From Chrysomallon squamiferum (Eukaryota > Animalia > Mollusca), in NCBI GenBank assembly GCA_012295275.1, contig CM022673.1:23188001-23252000 (forward strand): 64,000 nt of DNA, given 5' to 3'. Positions within the stretch are counted from its first letter, which is position 1; every line of letters starts with the position of its first letter. Both the position numbers and the translations under genes were made by a program. The notes below the pieces were generated by a model. That model searched no databases and was not told the DNA's origin. It saw only the letters and a program-made list of their open reading frames with translations. Below are positions 60,381-64,000 of the stretch, one piece after another.

Positions 60381-60477
<97 letters not shown>

Positions 60478-60607
60478 ACACACACACACACACACACACA
60501 TTTAGATACAGACAAATACTCGGATACTTACCAATAAAAGGGTAAATAAACTGGAGAACACTCAGTATGTAGTAACCAGGTCTTCCAAATGCTACAAGCA
60601 CCATGTC
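51778..60607 (-). CDS. SLC38A11: Putative sodium-coupled neutral amino acid transporter 11 (partial: 9 downstream exons, 5' exons outside the window)
   Basis: Exons 60532-60607, 59150-59218, 56386-56498, 55153-55232, 54092-54162, 53568-53729, 52821-52933, 52348-52485 and 51778-52074 are in phase. Motifs: LQFIYPFIAMVSYNVIIGDT, TLPLSLYKNIARLGK, AFAYMCHHNTFLIHSSL, TQGDLLENYC, LTYPVECFVTR, DCLGIVLELNG. Confidence 0.94.
60384..60500. repeat. Compound (TC)n(CA)n microsatellite in an SLC38A11 intron
   Basis: A long TC run followed by a CA run, ~30 bp from a splice donor. Confidence 0.97.
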
Positions 60608-61715
60608 CTGAAAATTAATATTATAGAAATAAACAAAGTTAATACTTTAAATACACATACACAAATACACATATTATATACATTATATGCATACATATAC
60701 TACATATCATATATGTATTAATGTATGTGTGTATGTGTGCATGTATATATTACATGCATAAATGGCAGAAGTAGTAGAAGCAGTAGCAGTAATTGTTGTA
60801 AATTGTTATTGTCAGTGTTAGTAATAATAACACTGGTATTAATAGCAGTAACATTAATGTTAGTACAATAATATTAATTATTAATAACTGAAATATTACT
60901 GTAAGTAGCAGAAATATTGGTGGTAGTTGTAGTATCAGAACAGTAAAATTTTTGCAATAATATTAGTATTAATGATTTCAAGAAAGAGAAAATCAAAGGC
61001 ATTCACATATAAAGGACAGCTGTATTGTACCATTTCTGTAAACCTTCATATTTGTGAAATACTTTGGTATGTTTACATACACACACACGCACACATACAG
61101 TCACACACATAAAACATGTCACATTTAACCCTTTTAGTCTGAAGATCTTAAATAATTTCTCATTAACTTGCATATCAAGTTTTAACACATGTTCATCAGA
61201 AACCAATTACCAGAGAGTTTGTTAACAGAATATATTATCTGCCCATCCTCGCACAAATAACAATCTTCCAGTTCATTCTCCTATTAAAAGATGTAACTTT
61301 ATGCACAACCACATGTCAAGTAAGTGAAAATTGATTTGTCTTTCACTGCATGACAGCAGGTGCAAAATCATTTGATTGTAGCAATCAGCTGTTGTCATCT
61401 CACATACATAATCATTACAGTTTGTTTGATGTTAATTAAAGTTAAATATGAAGAATTGTTGATTGTGGGTGTCTGAATTGGATGAAGATGTGGTTATAAA
61501 ATAAAAAGAAAATATGTTTTCATCATGGTGTGGGTGTTTATCATTATATTGATTTTGTTAATATTTTTGATTGTGGTTAGAGACCTAATTGTATTTGTAA
61601 AGTCATTTTTTTTTTTTTTTTTTTTTATTTTCAAAAAGAAAATGTAAGTGAGTTTCACATATCAAAGTTATTTTATCTCATAAGGAAGTAAACTGAGGAT
61701 TGTTTAAAAATAAAA

Positions 61716-61783
61716 TCAAAATTAGATTTCCAATAATTTCTTCATAAATTCAAAATTAGATTTCCAATAATTTCTTCATAAAT
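61716..61783. repeat. Perfect 34-bp tandem duplication
   Basis: tcaaaattagatttccaataatttcttcataaat occurs twice. Confidence 0.92.
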
Positions 61784-63302
61784 TGATTTCACATCTCAGT
61801 AACATAATGTGTTTTGCAATTTAAAATCAAATTTCTATGTTGCCATTTCCCCTCCATCAGTTATTTTTTATTAATCAACAAATTTATACAGATCACCATT
61901 AACAGCAGGTTTGAAAACATTTTTTCCTGTCAGTGAAGAAGTAATAAAAACAAAATTCAATTACATGTAACCAGCTTTACTTTATATAACAGGGTTATTG
62001 AATACCAGGTGTAAAATGAAACCATATTATCCAGCACAAAGGAAAAATAAAGTGTTATGTCAACTTTAATTGCATATTACTCTCTTTTCCATGGAAACCT
62101 GTCACTGTTGTAACGATATTAGTTTTTACCAACTGATTTAGAAACATACCACAACTCAGATGTCAAACAGACTAATCAGAGAATCCCATTAAGGTGTGAA
62201 CATAATTTAGAAGCCAATAAAATCATTAGAAGGATTTTCTCAAGAGAAACATTTATGAATGGTAATTTTTCACAAAGGATGAATATTTTAATAGAAAACA
62301 TTGATTTCTTTTAGAATTTTCTTCTCTTGAAAACACACAAACAATGAATGAATCTGTTATCACTTCAACTTTACTCTTTTATTCAAAAATTTGTATTTAT
62401 TTATTTCTTAATTTGTTTATATATTTATTTTTATTATTAAATGCAGTAACCACACAATTAGTAAAAAGAATGTGATAAAACTAAAATATCAACTTCTTTT
62501 GATTCTGTGAAGAAATAAGGAAAAGGAAAATATACAAAATAATAAATAAATAAATAAATAACAACAACAAACAAAAAGCAATGATGAATTTGTGCAACTG
62601 ATGTGTTCTAATCATTATTGTCATTATTATTAAGATGCAGACAGTGAAAGAAGATAAAAAAACAACAACATTAACTTAATGGTTTTCTTTTCACTGCTCC
62701 AGTACAACTTCTGTTATTATTTCTATAAATATGACAGACAAAATGAACATAAAATAAGAAATAAAACCTATTTCAGTTTAAAATTTTGTTTTATTATATT
62801 TCATTAATTGCTTTTTAATTCACTGTAAAAATATGCAAACTGCATTGACATTTTAACATTTGTGAATGACAACTGATTATTTGTCAATACCTATGCAAAA
62901 ACAACAAAAAAAAGAAAATAATTTTTTGTCATCATTTCTTGATGATACTTGCTGATAGTTTTATAATTACCTTTTGTATAATTAGTATTCAGGTTTTCAA
63001 GCAACTATATATATATTTTTGTTTTTTAGTTTTGCATTATAATTAATTTTCGTTAAATAATAAAGCAAAAAATTTATCATGACAACTAGCACTATTCTCA
63101 AAAGTACCACTCTAGATATTTCTGCGATGCTGCTATTAATGTACTTTCTTCCTGACTCTCACTGCTTTGCCTGTCACAAGAATTACTTCCAATACTATTA
63201 ATGACTATTACTGCTTCTGCTGCTACTGGTACTGTTACTGCTACTACTACTACTAATGCTGATATACCAATACTATTTCATCAAAATCATTATCTATTTA
63301 AT

Positions 63303-63333
<31 letters not shown>

Positions 63334-63334
63334 G

Positions 63335-64000
63335 TTATTTAGTTCTTTTTCGTCCTTTCTCACAAGACTTTAATTTTAATTCAGTCTTTTCCTATCTGAC
63401 ATCAGATCAGACTAACGGCAACATTTCCTGGTATTTAATCAAGCATACAGAGAATTACGAGTCCCCCAGGCACCATATTCAAGTATGCATGCAATTTGTC
63501 TCAGCATTACTTTCTGTGTTAAAAATTTTATAAGCTTGAAGTCTCGTATGCAAACAAGTTGTGTGCAAGGAAATTAAATTTGTTGACACCTCAGCATACA
63601 GTTTGAAGAATCTCATCCATGATTTGGAAAATTAACAAGATTTGGAAGTAAGTGGAATTAAATAAATAAAGCGAAGCAAATTCTCAGTTTAATTAGCAGG
63701 AAGTATATTTTTGTTCCATCTTCAAATTGTATCTTTTTTAAAGCTTTGGAAGAATTCTGATTGAAAAAGAATTTTAAAAAGCTTTATGTGTCGAACTATT
63801 TCAGTGGATTAATAAAAGATAGCGAGGACTGTAATCGAAGATTTGAGAAAAGGGGATCTGTCCTTAGGGTGGATTAACTTTCATGGTGAAACCAGTTCAT
63901 TGTAAACAAGATAAAATAATCAGCAAAAATAGGGGATTTTCTTCTCAAAGAACTGCAAGCAATATTAATTCATCTCCACTCATGTTACAGTGAATTCTCA
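63335..64000. mobile_element. Possible degenerate retroelement or other repeat fragment in an SLC38A11 intron
   Basis: Composition shifts to more complex, CpG-containing sequence next to an (AAT)n tract. A broken + frame QILSLISRKYIF..KKLY..FEKR weakly recalls non-LTR ORF2 C-termini. Confidence 0.25.

Noticed and set aside
62941-63000. Possible upstream SLC38A11 exon ending in YQ
   Set aside because: No phase-0 GT/GC donor, and the translation does not match the expected segment. The 5' exons probably lie beyond the window.
63201-63533. 110-aa ORF with Thr/Ala and Ile runs (likewise 40731-40953 and 60325-60537)
   Set aside because: These are microsatellite or low-complexity translations.

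Overview
AT-rich eukaryotic genomic DNA with spliceosomal GT-AG introns. An invertebrate, probably a mollusc, is inferred from the repeat style and is not verified. Exons were rebuilt by hand with consistent splice phases. In order, the window holds the last exon of an unidentified + strand gene, DCAKD(-) head-to-head with GTPBP10(+), ACMSD(-), RPL37A(-) head-to-head with ZNF622(+), COQ10(+), and the 3' nine exons of SLC38A11(-). RPL37A is essentially missed by the ORF track; it has an ATG-only first exon and a TOP/TCT start. Non-coding structure includes a Tc1/mariner-like MITE, a hAT MITE, two inverted copies of an element carrying a 42-bp minisatellite, local duplications and microsatellites. 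The most notable observations are: (1) a fivefold tandem duplication of an ACMSD splice acceptor that creates four stop-generating 40-nt decoy exons; (2) a similar donor-anchored repeat in ZNF622; (3) a candidate poison exon in RPL37A intron 3; (4) a shared RPL37A/ZNF622 promoter; (5) an A-tailed element copy between ~430-bp direct repeats. No clearly new protein-coding system is supported by the sequence.
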